In this document: positions 1 to 8,928 of the stretch, piece after piece
Numbering within the stretch: position 1 is the first letter of the stretch
Layout of the letters: each line of letters begins with the position of its first letter
IMG/VR virus record: IMGVR_UViG_3300034101_003000
Location: 1-24,035 of that record
Direction: 5' to 3' (one strand)
Length of the DNA: 24,035 nucleotides
DNA from: a virus
Taxonomy: Duplodnaviria > Caudoviricetes
The notes under the pieces: model-generated
Seen by the model: only the letters and a program-made list of their open reading frames with translations
Told to the model about the DNA's origin: nothing
Database searches by the model: none
Position numbers and translations under genes: made by a program

Positions 1-1
1 T

Positions 2-658
2 AGTGTATTTAACACAGAATTTCCAACATATCCAAATACTGGTTCTGCTAATGTAAATTGTTTGATTGAGGGTTTGTTAGAAGGTGAAGTTGATGTATTT
101 GAACATATTGCAATTGGTATGGATAAAAATTCTTTATCTAACGCAGGATTTGGATTATATGCAAAAGCCGGAAATGCAGTAGTATATGGTACACCTGAAC
201 CATTTGGATTTTCTGATTGGAAGAGTGGAAGTAGAGCTAGTATATTCTTAGTAAAAGAACAATATACAAAATTTGTAAAAACTCAATTAAGGGGATATCC
301 AACAACTCGTTCTTTGACTATACCTGGTGAACAAGTGTATTATGAAAAAGTACCTGTTACAAAATATAAATATAAAGTTTCAAATACTCCGTTTAGTAGT
401 AGTATATCATTGGGAGGAGGAATTGTAGAGGTAACCGCACTAAATGGATATTTCCCAACACACTACAAATATGTTAATAATTTATCAGAGGGTATGCAAC
501 GTTCATTCTGGAAAGGTTCTAAGCAAGAATTAATTAATGGTGTTTGGACTACGCCGGATTTATTACCTGCTGTTGAGGTATTTGGTACTAATCCTCTTAT
601 TCTTAGAGTGGCTAAGACTGGTAGAGGTAGTGGTGAACCAATTCTTGAGGTTGATTAA
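2..658 (+). CDS. 3' part of a phage structural protein (5'-truncated by the window edge)
   Basis: Frame 2 is open from position 2 to TAA 656-658, so the TTG at 62 in the track is not the true start. It is rich in G/S/T/Y and sits upstream of tail/baseplate-like genes. Confidence 0.7.
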   Translation, partial: SVFNTEFPTYPNTGSANVNCLIEGLLEGEVDVFEHIAIGMDKNSLSNAGFGLYAKAGNAVVYGTPEPFGFSDWKSGSRASIFLVKEQYTKFVKTQLRGYPTTRSLTIPGEQVYYEKVPVTKYKYKVSNTPFSSSISLGGGIVEVTALNGYFPTHYKYVNNLSEGMQRSFWKGSKQELINGVWTTPDLLPAVEVFGTNPLILRVAKTGRGSGEPILEVD

Positions 659-678
659 TTTGAAAATATAAAATAGTT

Positions 679-687
679 ATATTTATA
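679..687 (+). promoter_or_regulatory. putative phage late promoter ATATTTATA
   Basis: TATTTATA at 680-687 in the intergenic gap before ATG 714. The same motif recurs before other structural genes. Confidence 0.65.
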
Positions 688-713
688 GAATATAGAATAA
701 AAACAATTAAACA

Positions 714-1331
714 ATGGGATATTTAGACAACACCGAAATTATAGTAGATGCAATTCTTACTAAAAAAGGTAGACAAAAGCTATCATCTGGACAAGCACTT
801 AATATTACAAAATTTGCTTTAGCTGATGATGAAATTGATTATACATTATATGAACCAGCACATCCAAAGGGTACGAACTCATATGATTCTGCAATTAGAG
901 CAATTCCTATAACGGAAGCAACTCCTGATGAGACTCAGATTATGAGATATAAGCTAGTAACTCTTCCAAAAGGTACAACTACAATACCTACTGTAACTTT
1001 AGGTACAAACGCTGTTGTTAAAACTCAAAATGAGGGGCCTATGACAATTTCACCATCAACAACACCAGTTAATAATACAACTGCAGGATATACCGCAATA
1101 TTATCAGATGCAAGAGCAGGTACGTTGGTAGGTGAAGGTACTGTAACTGGTACTGCTCCTGTATTCTTAGGTGAAAATGTTGGGGCAACTGCAACTGTAG
1201 TTTCTGGTAAAACATTTACATTTACACCAAACCCAGCATTAAAGTTCTCTTTAACAACAACTTTAACTGTATATGGAAATGAAACAGGTGGTTCTATTTC
1301 TGTACCGGTTGTAATAACTTATAAAGCTTAA
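714..1331 (+). CDS. putative baseplate/tail-fibre attachment structural protein
   Basis: N-terminal AILTKKGRQKL...ITKFALADDE resembles the start of P2 gpH-type (DUF3751) fibre-attachment domains. The C-terminus is Thr/Val-rich and beta-sandwich-like. Confidence 0.6.
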   Translation: MGYLDNTEIIVDAILTKKGRQKLSSGQALNITKFALADDEIDYTLYEPAHPKGTNSYDSAIRAIPITEATPDETQIMRYKLVTLPKGTTTIPTVTLGTNAVVKTQNEGPMTISPSTTPVNNTTAGYTAILSDARAGTLVGEGTVTGTAPVFLGENVGATATVVSGKTFTFTPNPALKFSLTTTLTVYGNETGGSISVPVVITYKA

Positions 1332-1343
1332 TAATATAAAACT

Positions 1344-2588
1344 ATGGCACTAATAAACAATGCGGCGGTAACACAAGCAATACAAACCGCAATCAATAAT
1401 AACACATTAACAACGGAATTACTTGCACAATATGCTGGTGTTACTGTTGGTGTTACTAATGTAGGTATCTATAAACAATTTGGTGAATTTGATAAAGTTA
1501 ATGAAAAAACTGAAATTGTAACCACTGGATTATGGAGTGGTGATTCTGGTTCATTAACAAATGTATTCACATCATCTGCACAAGTAGGAACAACAAGTGC
1601 ACAATACTATTATAATATTTACGATTATGATACACTTGCATATGCCGATAAAGCTGAAGTTCAATTTGCAGTAGCATATGGACATAGAGATAATAGTGGT
1701 TCTATGTTATTAAGAGATAATGATAATTCATTGATATCATCAAAAGCAACATACGCTCAATATAAATCTATGTTGTTAGACCCAACCGATACAAGCTTTA
1801 CCGTAGCAAGAAGCGATGGTAGTAGTGCAAATATTAATGATATTTATGTAATTAATTTAAGTAGAGCTAGATTCAGAGAAAAAATTGATGCAGGAAACTG
1901 GTCATTGGCACTTTCTGGTTCAAATGGTAGATTTAAATTTATTGATAATAGTGGTAAGAAGTTTAGTGATACTGAAGGATTAACTGGAAGAGTATTCCAA
2001 GTAGTAGAAGGTGAATTAAATTTAGGTACTGAAAATGCAGCAACTACAATATCCACATACGATACTGTGTCTGGACAAGGGTATGGTTTATTTTATCCTG
2101 ATAGAGGTATTATCGTTCTTAATCCGGTAGCAATTGGTAATAAAATTGGTAACGTTTGGAACGAAGCATTTCAAACTGTAGGTCATTTAGCACCTGGTGG
2201 AGCTGGTAGTGGTACATATCCAACATCAACGATTCTATATCCAAATAATGCAACATCAACAGCAGCTGAACAATACTATCATAAGAGATTATATTACGCA
2301 ATTAAGCTTGGTAAAGATTTTGAAATGAGGAGAACTGAAAATATTTCAACTCAACATTTCTTTGTAAGAGCAACAAATAGAGAGTTCAACTATTCAAATA
2401 ATCCAACATATACAAAAACTGATGGAACTTTCGTTGAAACAACATTCAACACAGACCCTCAAACATATATTACATCGATAGGTCTTTATAACGATTCAAA
2501 TGAAGTTATAGCAATTGCAAAAACATCACAACCTGTTGTTAAATCGTTTGATAAAGAAGTATTAATTAAAGTTAAATTATCATACTAA
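1344..2588 (+). CDS. putative baseplate/tail structural protein (paralog of 2667..3605)
   Basis: 414-aa ORF with C-terminal EFNYSNNP...YITSIGLYNDSNEVIAIAKTSQPVVK, shared with the next gene. Confidence 0.65.
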   Translation: MALINNAAVTQAIQTAINNNTLTTELLAQYAGVTVGVTNVGIYKQFGEFDKVNEKTEIVTTGLWSGDSGSLTNVFTSSAQVGTTSAQYYYNIYDYDTLAYADKAEVQFAVAYGHRDNSGSMLLRDNDNSLISSKATYAQYKSMLLDPTDTSFTVARSDGSSANINDIYVINLSRARFREKIDAGNWSLALSGSNGRFKFIDNSGKKFSDTEGLTGRVFQVVEGELNLGTENAATTISTYDTVSGQGYGLFYPDRGIIVLNPVAIGNKIGNVWNEAFQTVGHLAPGGAGSGTYPTSTILYPNNATSTAAEQYYHKRLYYAIKLGKDFEMRRTENISTQHFFVRATNREFNYSNNPTYTKTDGTFVETTFNTDPQTYITSIGLYNDSNEVIAIAKTSQPVVKSFDKEVLIKVKLSY

Positions 2589-2610
2589 TATAATTTAAAA
2601 AAATAAAGAT

Positions 2611-2632
2611 AAACCCCCATTTGGGGGTTTTT
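2611..2632 (+). terminator. Rho-independent terminator
   Basis: AAACCCCC-ATTT-GGGGGTTT perfect hairpin running into a T tract, 22 nt after the stop at 2588. Confidence 0.85.
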
Positions 2633-2642
2633 CGTTAAGTGA

Positions 2643-2651
2643 ATATTTATA
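2643..2651 (+). promoter_or_regulatory. putative late promoter ATATTTATA
   Basis: TATTTATA at 2644-2651, directly after the terminator and before ATG 2667. Confidence 0.65.
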
Positions 2652-2666
2652 TAAAATAGAAAATTA

Positions 2667-3605
2667 ATGTTTAAAGACATACCAGCATCTGATGTAATAA
2701 CTAGGGCTATCAAAGTATTCAAAGAGTGGCGATTGGATGAAAATGATATCTTACCAATATATGCTATTAGTGGAAGTAGTGGAAATTTTGATGACACGTA
2801 TGACCCTAAAAGTAATGGATATTCTCAAAAAAGTTTATATGCATCTATAAAATCTCAATTTTATAGAAATCCAGAAACGGGATCTGTTTTAGATGGTGGT
2901 AGACGAAAATCATATACATCTAAAGATGAAAGAAACATTGAAGCTACAATAGCTGTTTTAGCAGTACCTCAAAAATATTATGGAGAAGGTATAAAGCCAG
3001 GAACGCTAACATTAATAGATGAAAGTACTGGTGTTACATATAGAGATGATGGATATTCTAATTTAGAAGATTCTAATTTTAATATAAAAGGAAATGTTTT
3101 TTACGAATTGGGAATTATAGTAATTACTAAAGATGTTATTCAAAATACAACATTAACTAATTTCTTTTTAGATTATCGTTCTACTAAAACAATATATGAA
3201 AACGAAATATTTGTATCTGTTTTAGAAAATGAATTTAATTTTTCACAAAATCCATCCGCAGTATATCAAGATGGAGGATATAAATCGCAAGTATTAATCA
3301 ATGACCCATGGGACCCAACTGGAAAGAAATTTGTTAGTTCATCCATTTGGAATTGGGGAACTAGATATGTAAGAAATAAAAATTTTCCATATTCATCTTC
3401 CTTAGATACAACAAAAAAAGCAAGTTTTGATGATTACGCAATTTTTGCAAATACTGATAGAACTGGTTCTTATTTAGCACCATATATAACCACAATAGGA
3501 TTATATGATGATGCTTTAAATATGGTGGCCGTAGCTAAATTACCAGTACCAATAAAATCACTTCCTGACTATCCAGTAAACTTTATAGTAAGATTTGATA
3601 CTTAA
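2667..3605 (+). CDS. putative baseplate/tail structural protein (paralog of 1344..2588)
   Basis: Contains GNVFYELGIIV, EFNFSQNP and PYITTIGLYDDALNMVAVAKLPVPIK, matching motifs in the upstream gene. Confidence 0.65.
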   Translation: MFKDIPASDVITRAIKVFKEWRLDENDILPIYAISGSSGNFDDTYDPKSNGYSQKSLYASIKSQFYRNPETGSVLDGGRRKSYTSKDERNIEATIAVLAVPQKYYGEGIKPGTLTLIDESTGVTYRDDGYSNLEDSNFNIKGNVFYELGIIVITKDVIQNTTLTNFFLDYRSTKTIYENEIFVSVLENEFNFSQNPSAVYQDGGYKSQVLINDPWDPTGKKFVSSSIWNWGTRYVRNKNFPYSSSLDTTKKASFDDYAIFANTDRTGSYLAPYITTIGLYDDALNMVAVAKLPVPIKSLPDYPVNFIVRFDT

Positions 3606-3619
3606 ATTAAAAAAGGGTT

Positions 3620-3628
3620 ATATTTATA
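3620..3628 (+). promoter_or_regulatory. putative late promoter ATATTTATA
   Basis: TATTTATA at 3621-3628 before ATG 3652. Confidence 0.6.
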
Positions 3629-3651
3629 ATTGTAATAAATAATACAAAATT

Positions 3652-3900
3652 ATGGCAACACTAAGAGATAAATTAGAAAAAACACCACCAGCATCGGCAA
3701 AAGCTAAAGTAGCTGAGAATGATAAGACTCCGTATTCGGAAGGAACTGGTATTGCTGGTAGTAAAAATGCAGATAGTAAAGTTTTAACAGATATTAAGTT
3801 AAATAAAGGACGTGTTTATGGCGATTTGGGTGCCGGTAGTAAAAACTCACCAGGGTATAGACCTGCAAAAACATATTCCTCTACTATTACAAATAAGTAA
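3652..3900 (+). CDS. small basic, probably disordered hypothetical protein
   Basis: 82-aa K/G/S/A-rich ORF with an A-rich leader and its own TATTTATA motif. Confidence 0.65.
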   Translation: MATLRDKLEKTPPASAKAKVAENDKTPYSEGTGIAGSKNADSKVLTDIKLNKGRVYGDLGAGSKNSPGYRPAKTYSSTITNK

Positions 3901-3903
3901 TCA

Positions 3904-4314
3904 ATGAGTTGGAAATTTAATGGAAATATTGTTACAGAAGAAACCACACCCGAAGGTGCGGTTGGATTTGTCTATAAGATAGTTGATACTAGAACTGGTA
4001 GATTTTATATAGGAAAGAAATCCCTATCTCAAACCCGTAGATTAAAACCCCTTAAGGGAAAGACTAGAAAGAGAGTTGTAAAGAAAGCATCTGATTGGGA
4101 AAAATACTATTCATCAAATGAATGGATTAAATCTGAAGTAAAAGCTGGAAACGCTGAATATTTTGAAAGAGAAATCATTCAATTTTGTTTCTCAAAGAAA
4201 TCCTTATCATATTACGAAATTAAATGGCAGTTTCATTACGATGTCCTTGCCAACGAACAAGCAATAAACGAAAACCTTATGGGGAAGTTCTTCCGTAGGG
4301 ATATTATAAATTAA
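3904..4314 (+). CDS. GIY-YIG family endonuclease
   Basis: GFVYKIV...GRFYIGKK motif pair, followed by YYSS, REII and a downstream YYE plus C-terminal Asn (INEN). Confidence 0.8.
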   Translation: MSWKFNGNIVTEETTPEGAVGFVYKIVDTRTGRFYIGKKSLSQTRRLKPLKGKTRKRVVKKASDWEKYYSSNEWIKSEVKAGNAEYFEREIIQFCFSKKSLSYYEIKWQFHYDVLANEQAINENLMGKFFRRDIIN

Positions 4315-4318
4315 AGTT

Positions 4319-4519
4319 ATGACAATACCTGAAATCGCAAAAAAGTACGGAATCTCCGAAGCTTATTTAAACGCAAAAGATGATGCACTACAAATAGCAG
4401 CTGCATCTTTGATAGACCTTAAAGGAATGTTGGAAGCAAACCAACCAAAAGCACCAATTGCAGCAAAAATGCAGTTTTTAGCTGATTTCCTTTATGATGT
4501 AAAGAATTCCAATCATTAA
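4319..4519 (+). CDS. hypothetical protein, possible N-terminal helix-turn-helix-like segment
   Basis: 66-aa ORF tightly packed between genes. IPEIAKKYGISEAYL looks HTH-like. Confidence 0.6.
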   Translation: MTIPEIAKKYGISEAYLNAKDDALQIAAASLIDLKGMLEANQPKAPIAAKMQFLADFLYDVKNSNH

Positions 4520-4551
4520 TTTGGATAATTCCCAAAAAAGTTGTATATTTG
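4520..4551 (+). promoter_or_regulatory. Bacteroidota-type housekeeping sigma promoter (-33 TTTG / -7 TAnnTTTG)
   Basis: TTTG 4520-4523, 20-nt spacer, TATATTTG 4544-4551, upstream of primase ATG 4569. Confidence 0.8.
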
Positions 4552-4568
4552 TATAGAATATACCAATT

Positions 4569-5507
4569 ATGCTATCTGGGAAGAATAAACTAACGGTCAT
4601 TAACATTTTGGACACCGCATTGGGTGTAGGTTCATCTTTAAAAGGAAATGAACAAGCACATCATTGTCCATTTTGTAATCACCATAAGAAGAAACTTCAA
4701 GTAAACTTAGATACTCAAAGATGGCACTGCTGGGTATGTGATTCTAAGGGTAGAAGTATCCAATCACTCCTTCGCAAACTCAATGTAGATATAAGAGACC
4801 TTAATAGATTGAAAGATATCTATGGTGAGGATGATTATACATTAGTTGAGAAAGATGAGTATGTAGCTAAGTTACAATTACCATCAGAATTCAAACAATT
4901 ACACTTCAAACCAAAAGGATTCAACCCTGAATATAATCAAGCAATTAACTACCTTAAAGAAAGAGGAATTACACAAGCTGATATCGTTAAATACAATATT
5001 GGGTATTGTTCCGAAGGATTATACTTTGGTAGAGTTATTGTTCCATCGTATGATGAGAATGGTGACTTGAATTACTTCGTAGCTCGTTCATATTACAAAG
5101 AAGAACGAATGAAGTATAAGAATCCTCCGGTTAATAGAGATGTAATTGTGTTTGATAATCAAATCAATTGGAACGAACCTATTACTTTGTGTGAGGGTGT
5201 ATTTGATTCATTCTCAATTAAAAGAAATTGTATTCCTTTGCTTGGTAAGTTTTTATTGAGTAAATTAAAGAATAAGATTATAGAGAAAGGAGTTAAGGAA
5301 GTAACAATTATATTGGATTCAGATGCTATTGCAGATTCAACTAAACATACTGATTACTTTTTAAAGAACGGAATTAAAGTTCGTAACATTATACCAACCG
5401 ATATGGATGCTGGTGAGATGGGATTTAAAAAAGTAAACGAACTTCTAAAGGGAGCAAAACAAACTGGATGGGATGACTTAGTTCTATCCAAACTAAATAA
5501 TATATGA
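4569..5507 (+). CDS. DNA primase (Zn finger + TOPRIM; DnaG/T4 gp61-like)
   Basis: CPFC...WHCWVC zinc finger, YLKERGI, RVIVP, KYKNP, and TOPRIM motifs LCEGVFD, LDSDA and DAGE. Confidence 0.93.
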   Translation: MLSGKNKLTVINILDTALGVGSSLKGNEQAHHCPFCNHHKKKLQVNLDTQRWHCWVCDSKGRSIQSLLRKLNVDIRDLNRLKDIYGEDDYTLVEKDEYVAKLQLPSEFKQLHFKPKGFNPEYNQAINYLKERGITQADIVKYNIGYCSEGLYFGRVIVPSYDENGDLNYFVARSYYKEERMKYKNPPVNRDVIVFDNQINWNEPITLCEGVFDSFSIKRNCIPLLGKFLLSKLKNKIIEKGVKEVTIILDSDAIADSTKHTDYFLKNGIKVRNIIPTDMDAGEMGFKKVNELLKGAKQTGWDDLVLSKLNNI

Positions 5508-8500
5508 GGTTAAAGAGAATTTATCACATTGCGGATATACACATTCGTAATATTAAAAGACACAAAGAGTTTAGACAAGTATTTTACTCAATGTTTGAGG
5601 AAATACAAAAAAGAGGAACGGAAGATTCCATTATCTACTTAGCTGGTGATATTGCTCATGCTAAATTGGAAATGAGTCCGGAATTGGTTAGTGAGATTAG
5701 TTGGTTGTTTACGGAATGTAACAAACTATGTCCTACAATTGTAATAGCTGGTAATCACGATTGTAATATGAACAACTCGGATAGAATGGATGTACTTACT
5801 CCAATCGTTGATGCATTGAAACTACCAAACTTAACTTATTTAAAAGATACGCAAGTTTACGGAATCGGAGATGTTGATTTTGCAGTATTCAGTATATTTG
5901 ATAACAAAGATAATTGGCCTAAAGCAAACACTCTATTTGGAAACAAAAAGATTGCACTATTTCACGGACCTGTTGATAACTCCACAACCGATATAGGGTA
6001 TGTGGTTAGTAGTAGACATTTCACAACTGATATATTTGATGGGTATGATTTAGCCTTATTAGGAGATATCCATAAAAGACAAGAAATGATATCACCATCA
6101 GGTTGTAAGGTGGTATATGCCGGTTCATTGGTTCAACAAAACTTTGGTGAAACCCTTGATAAGCACGGATTCTTAGTTTGGGATTTAGATACAATGACCT
6201 ATGAGGAAGTTGATATCCAAAACGATTACGGATACTATACTTTGGATGTTGATGGTGGTATTGTGCCGGATGTAACTGATATGCCGTTATACCCTCGTTT
6301 AAGAGTGAGGATAACTAATACGGATACCGCAGATACAAAGAGAATGATGGCTGATATTACGGCAAAGTATGGTGTGGAGGATTTTACAATCATTAGAACG
6401 GATACATTCAATAAGAAGAAAACCAACGATAGAGAAGCAAGGTTGGAGGTTGATAGTGTAAGTGATATAAACCATCAAAACTCTTTAATAGGGGAGTATG
6501 TGGAACGTATGATGCCATTCGTAACGAAAGAGGACTTAGCTGGGATAGAGAAAATTAATCGTGACATTAATAGTAGAATACAACCATCAGAACTACAAAG
6601 AAACATAAGCTGGAAACCAATTAAGTTTGATTTCAGTAATATGTTTTCATACGGAGAGAGGAATGTTATTAACTTTGATAAGGTAAACGGACTGATGGGA
6701 TTATTCGCACCAAATGCTCAAGGTAAATCATCCCTATTTGATGCAATATCATTTTGTTTATTTGATAAGTGTAGTAGAGCATATAAGGCATCTGCTATTA
6801 TGAACAATCGTAAAGCAGATTTCCATTGCCAATTAGAATTCTCCGTTGATGGAGTTATCTATGGTATTCGTAGAGAGGGAAGAACTATTAATAAGGGAAA
6901 GAACGTAAAAGTGGATGTGGACTTTTGGAGAGAGGGAGATAGTGGTAGAGAATCACTTAACGGAACGGAACGTAGGGATACCAATCAAATCATTGAAACA
7001 TATGTGGGAAGATATGAGGATTTCATTATGACTGCACTTTCCTTACAAGCTAACAACGCACTATTCATTGATAAATCACAATCCGAAAGGAAAGATTTGA
7101 TGGCTCAGTTTATGGGCTTGGATATATTTGATAAGCTGTATGAAACTGCTACCAACGATATCAAAGATGTGAATGCACTTATCAGAAATTTCAGAAAGAC
7201 CGACTTCACTTCGGAATTAGCCCAAAAAGAAAACGACTTGAATTCAAAGAGAGAGGAGTATGATAGTTTGGATGCTGAGAAGTTAGAATTAGAAACTCGT
7301 AAGAGTGATTTAGAGGAACAAATTGTAACCATATCTCAACAAATCATTCCAATTCAAGGTAATTTAGATATTGATGAACTAAATCGTAAACTTAAAAAGA
7401 TTGATGGTGAATTAACTACTTGGGGAGATACTAAATTTGATAAAACGCAAAAACTTACCGAAGCAAAAGAATTGGTGAGAGAGGCGAAAGAAATGGTTGA
7501 TTGTAAAGTTAATATAAACGGAATTGATATACAAGTTGCATATTCTAATTATCAAAGAGAACAAAAGAATTTAATTGAAGCCGAAAAAGTTTATTCAACA
7601 GTAAAATCACAATTAACTTCTGCAGAAGAAAAGATTAATCATTTGGATAAACATGAATATGACCCAAATTGTAAATTTTGTTGTGATAATGAGTTTGTTA
7701 AAGATGCGATGAGAGCAAAAGAAGCATTGCCTGAATTAAAAAGGTTTGTTCAAAATGCAACTATACAATGTACAGGTATTCAACAAACTTTGGATTCTTG
7801 GGAAGGTATAGAAGAACAATTCAGAAAATGGAAAGAATGGACTGATGAACATAAAAGATTGATTATAGTTAAAGAGAGATTGGAAGGAGATATTAGAACC
7901 GCAGATTCTAAAATTGAATTATTACAAACTCAAAATGAAACTGTACAATCTGATATTCAACGATACAACGATAACGAAGAAACTATCACAAAGAATCAAG
8001 CATTAGATATTCAAATTCAAAATGTTCGTAGATTAAAGCAAGGTGTTGAGAAGCAAATATCAGATGTAAATAAACTTATGTTGAAATTGATGTCAGAAGT
8101 AGGTGCAACAAAAACCTACATTGATAATATGATAGCTAAGATGGAAGAAGTAAAAGAATTGGAAAGTAAAAACCAATTATATACATTCTATTTAGATGCG
8201 GTTAAGAAAGATGGTGTACCTTACGAACTAATATCCAAAGCACTTCCAGCAATTGAAAACGAAGTGAACAACATATTAGGACAAGTAGTTGACTTCTCAA
8301 TCTCAATGGATACTGATGGAAAGAACATCAACGCTAGAATCGTTTACGAAGACCAGGAATGGGCTTTAGAGATGTGTAGTGGTATGGAGAAGTTCATATC
8401 AGGATTAGCGATTAGAGTGGCTCTAATTAACATATGTAACCTGCCTAGACCTAACTTCTTAGTAATAGATGAAGGGTTTGGTACATTGGATGCGGATAAC

Positions 8501-8647
8501 CTATCATCTCTCTTTATGATGATGCAATATCTTAAAACTCAATTTGATTTCATTTGGGTTATTTCTCACTTAGAACAAATGAGAGATATTGTGGATGGAC
8601 TTATTGAAATTAAAAAAATAGATGGTTTTAGTAAGATTAACTTCTAA
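5504..8647 (+). CDS. Mre11/SbcD nuclease - Rad50/SbcC ATPase fusion (gp47-gp46-like recombination nuclease)
   Basis: Phosphoesterase motifs ADIH, GD, GNHD, FHG, GDIH. Walker A APNAQGKS (6707-6730), coiled coil with Zn hook CKFC (7670-7681), signature CSGME (8375-8389), Walker B IDEGFGTLD and H-loop ISH. ATGA overlap with the primase. Confidence 0.93.
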   Translation: MRLKRIYHIADIHIRNIKRHKEFRQVFYSMFEEIQKRGTEDSIIYLAGDIAHAKLEMSPELVSEISWLFTECNKLCPTIVIAGNHDCNMNNSDRMDVLTPIVDALKLPNLTYLKDTQVYGIGDVDFAVFSIFDNKDNWPKANTLFGNKKIALFHGPVDNSTTDIGYVVSSRHFTTDIFDGYDLALLGDIHKRQEMISPSGCKVVYAGSLVQQNFGETLDKHGFLVWDLDTMTYEEVDIQNDYGYYTLDVDGGIVPDVTDMPLYPRLRVRITNTDTADTKRMMADITAKYGVEDFTIIRTDTFNKKKTNDREARLEVDSVSDINHQNSLIGEYVERMMPFVTKEDLAGIEKINRDINSRIQPSELQRNISWKPIKFDFSNMFSYGERNVINFDKVNGLMGLFAPNAQGKSSLFDAISFCLFDKCSRAYKASAIMNNRKADFHCQLEFSVDGVIYGIRREGRTINKGKNVKVDVDFWREGDSGRESLNGTERRDTNQIIETYVGRYEDFIMTALSLQANNALFIDKSQSERKDLMAQFMGLDIFDKLYETATNDIKDVNALIRNFRKTDFTSELAQKENDLNSKREEYDSLDAEKLELETRKSDLEEQIVTISQQIIPIQGNLDIDELNRKLKKIDGELTTWGDTKFDKTQKLTEAKELVREAKEMVDCKVNINGIDIQVAYSNYQREQKNLIEAEKVYSTVKSQLTSAEEKINHLDKHEYDPNCKFCCDNEFVKDAMRAKEALPELKRFVQNATIQCTGIQQTLDSWEGIEEQFRKWKEWTDEHKRLIIVKERLEGDIRTADSKIELLQTQNETVQSDIQRYNDNEETITKNQALDIQIQNVRRLKQGVEKQISDVNKLMLKLMSEVGATKTYIDNMIAKMEEVKELESKNQLYTFYLDAVKKDGVPYELISKALPAIENEVNNILGQVVDFSISMDTDGKNINARIVYEDQEWALEMCSGMEKFISGLAIRVALINICNLPRPNFLVIDEGFGTLDADNLSSLFMMMQYLKTQFDFIWVISHLEQMRDIVDGLIEIKKIDGFSKINF

Positions 8648-8683
8648 TACCAATCCTCTCGTTTATAATGAGTTGTACAGCAT

Positions 8684-8845
8684 CTATTTTTGTACTTTTA
8701 ATATATTTTCTGGTAATTGTTTAATTATTACATTTTTTTTAATAAGTGTAGCTACAAACGCACCAATTTTTAAATCGTTATTTTTACAATGTTGTTTTAA
8801 TAAATTATATGCATCTTCTGGTATTTGTACCATTTTATATTTCAT
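8684..8845 (-). CDS. 53-aa ribbon-helix-helix-like DNA-binding protein (absent from the ORF track)
   Basis: Translates as MKYKMVQIPEDAYNLLKQHCKNNDLKIGAFVATLIKKNVIIKQLPENILKVQK. It has a strand-helix-helix pattern, an A-rich leader and its own minus-strand ATATTTATT motif. Confidence 0.7.
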   Translation of the reverse strand: MKYKMVQIPEDAYNLLKQHCKNNDLKIGAFVATLIKKNVIIKQLPENILKVQK

Positions 8846-8871
8846 AATTTTAGTTTTTTTTAGTTTTCTAA

Positions 8872-8910
8872 AATAAATATCAAACTAATTATTTTTTAAC
8901 AATATTTATT
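8872..8910. promoter_or_regulatory. divergent pair of late-type promoter motifs
   Basis: AATAAATAT 8872-8880 (ATATTTATT on the minus strand) and ATATTTATT 8902-8910 on the plus strand, 21 nt apart, facing ATG 8845(-) and ATG 8929(+). Confidence 0.55.
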
Positions 8911-8928
8911 ATTAATAATAAAACATAC

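Noticed and set aside
62-64. TTG start for the first ORF
   Set aside because: The frame is open back to position 2, so the gene starts upstream of the window.
8622-8876. 84-aa + strand ORF in the track
   Set aside because: It is the antisense shadow of the minus-strand RHH-like gene, with an F/I/L/C-rich composition typical of non-coding frames.
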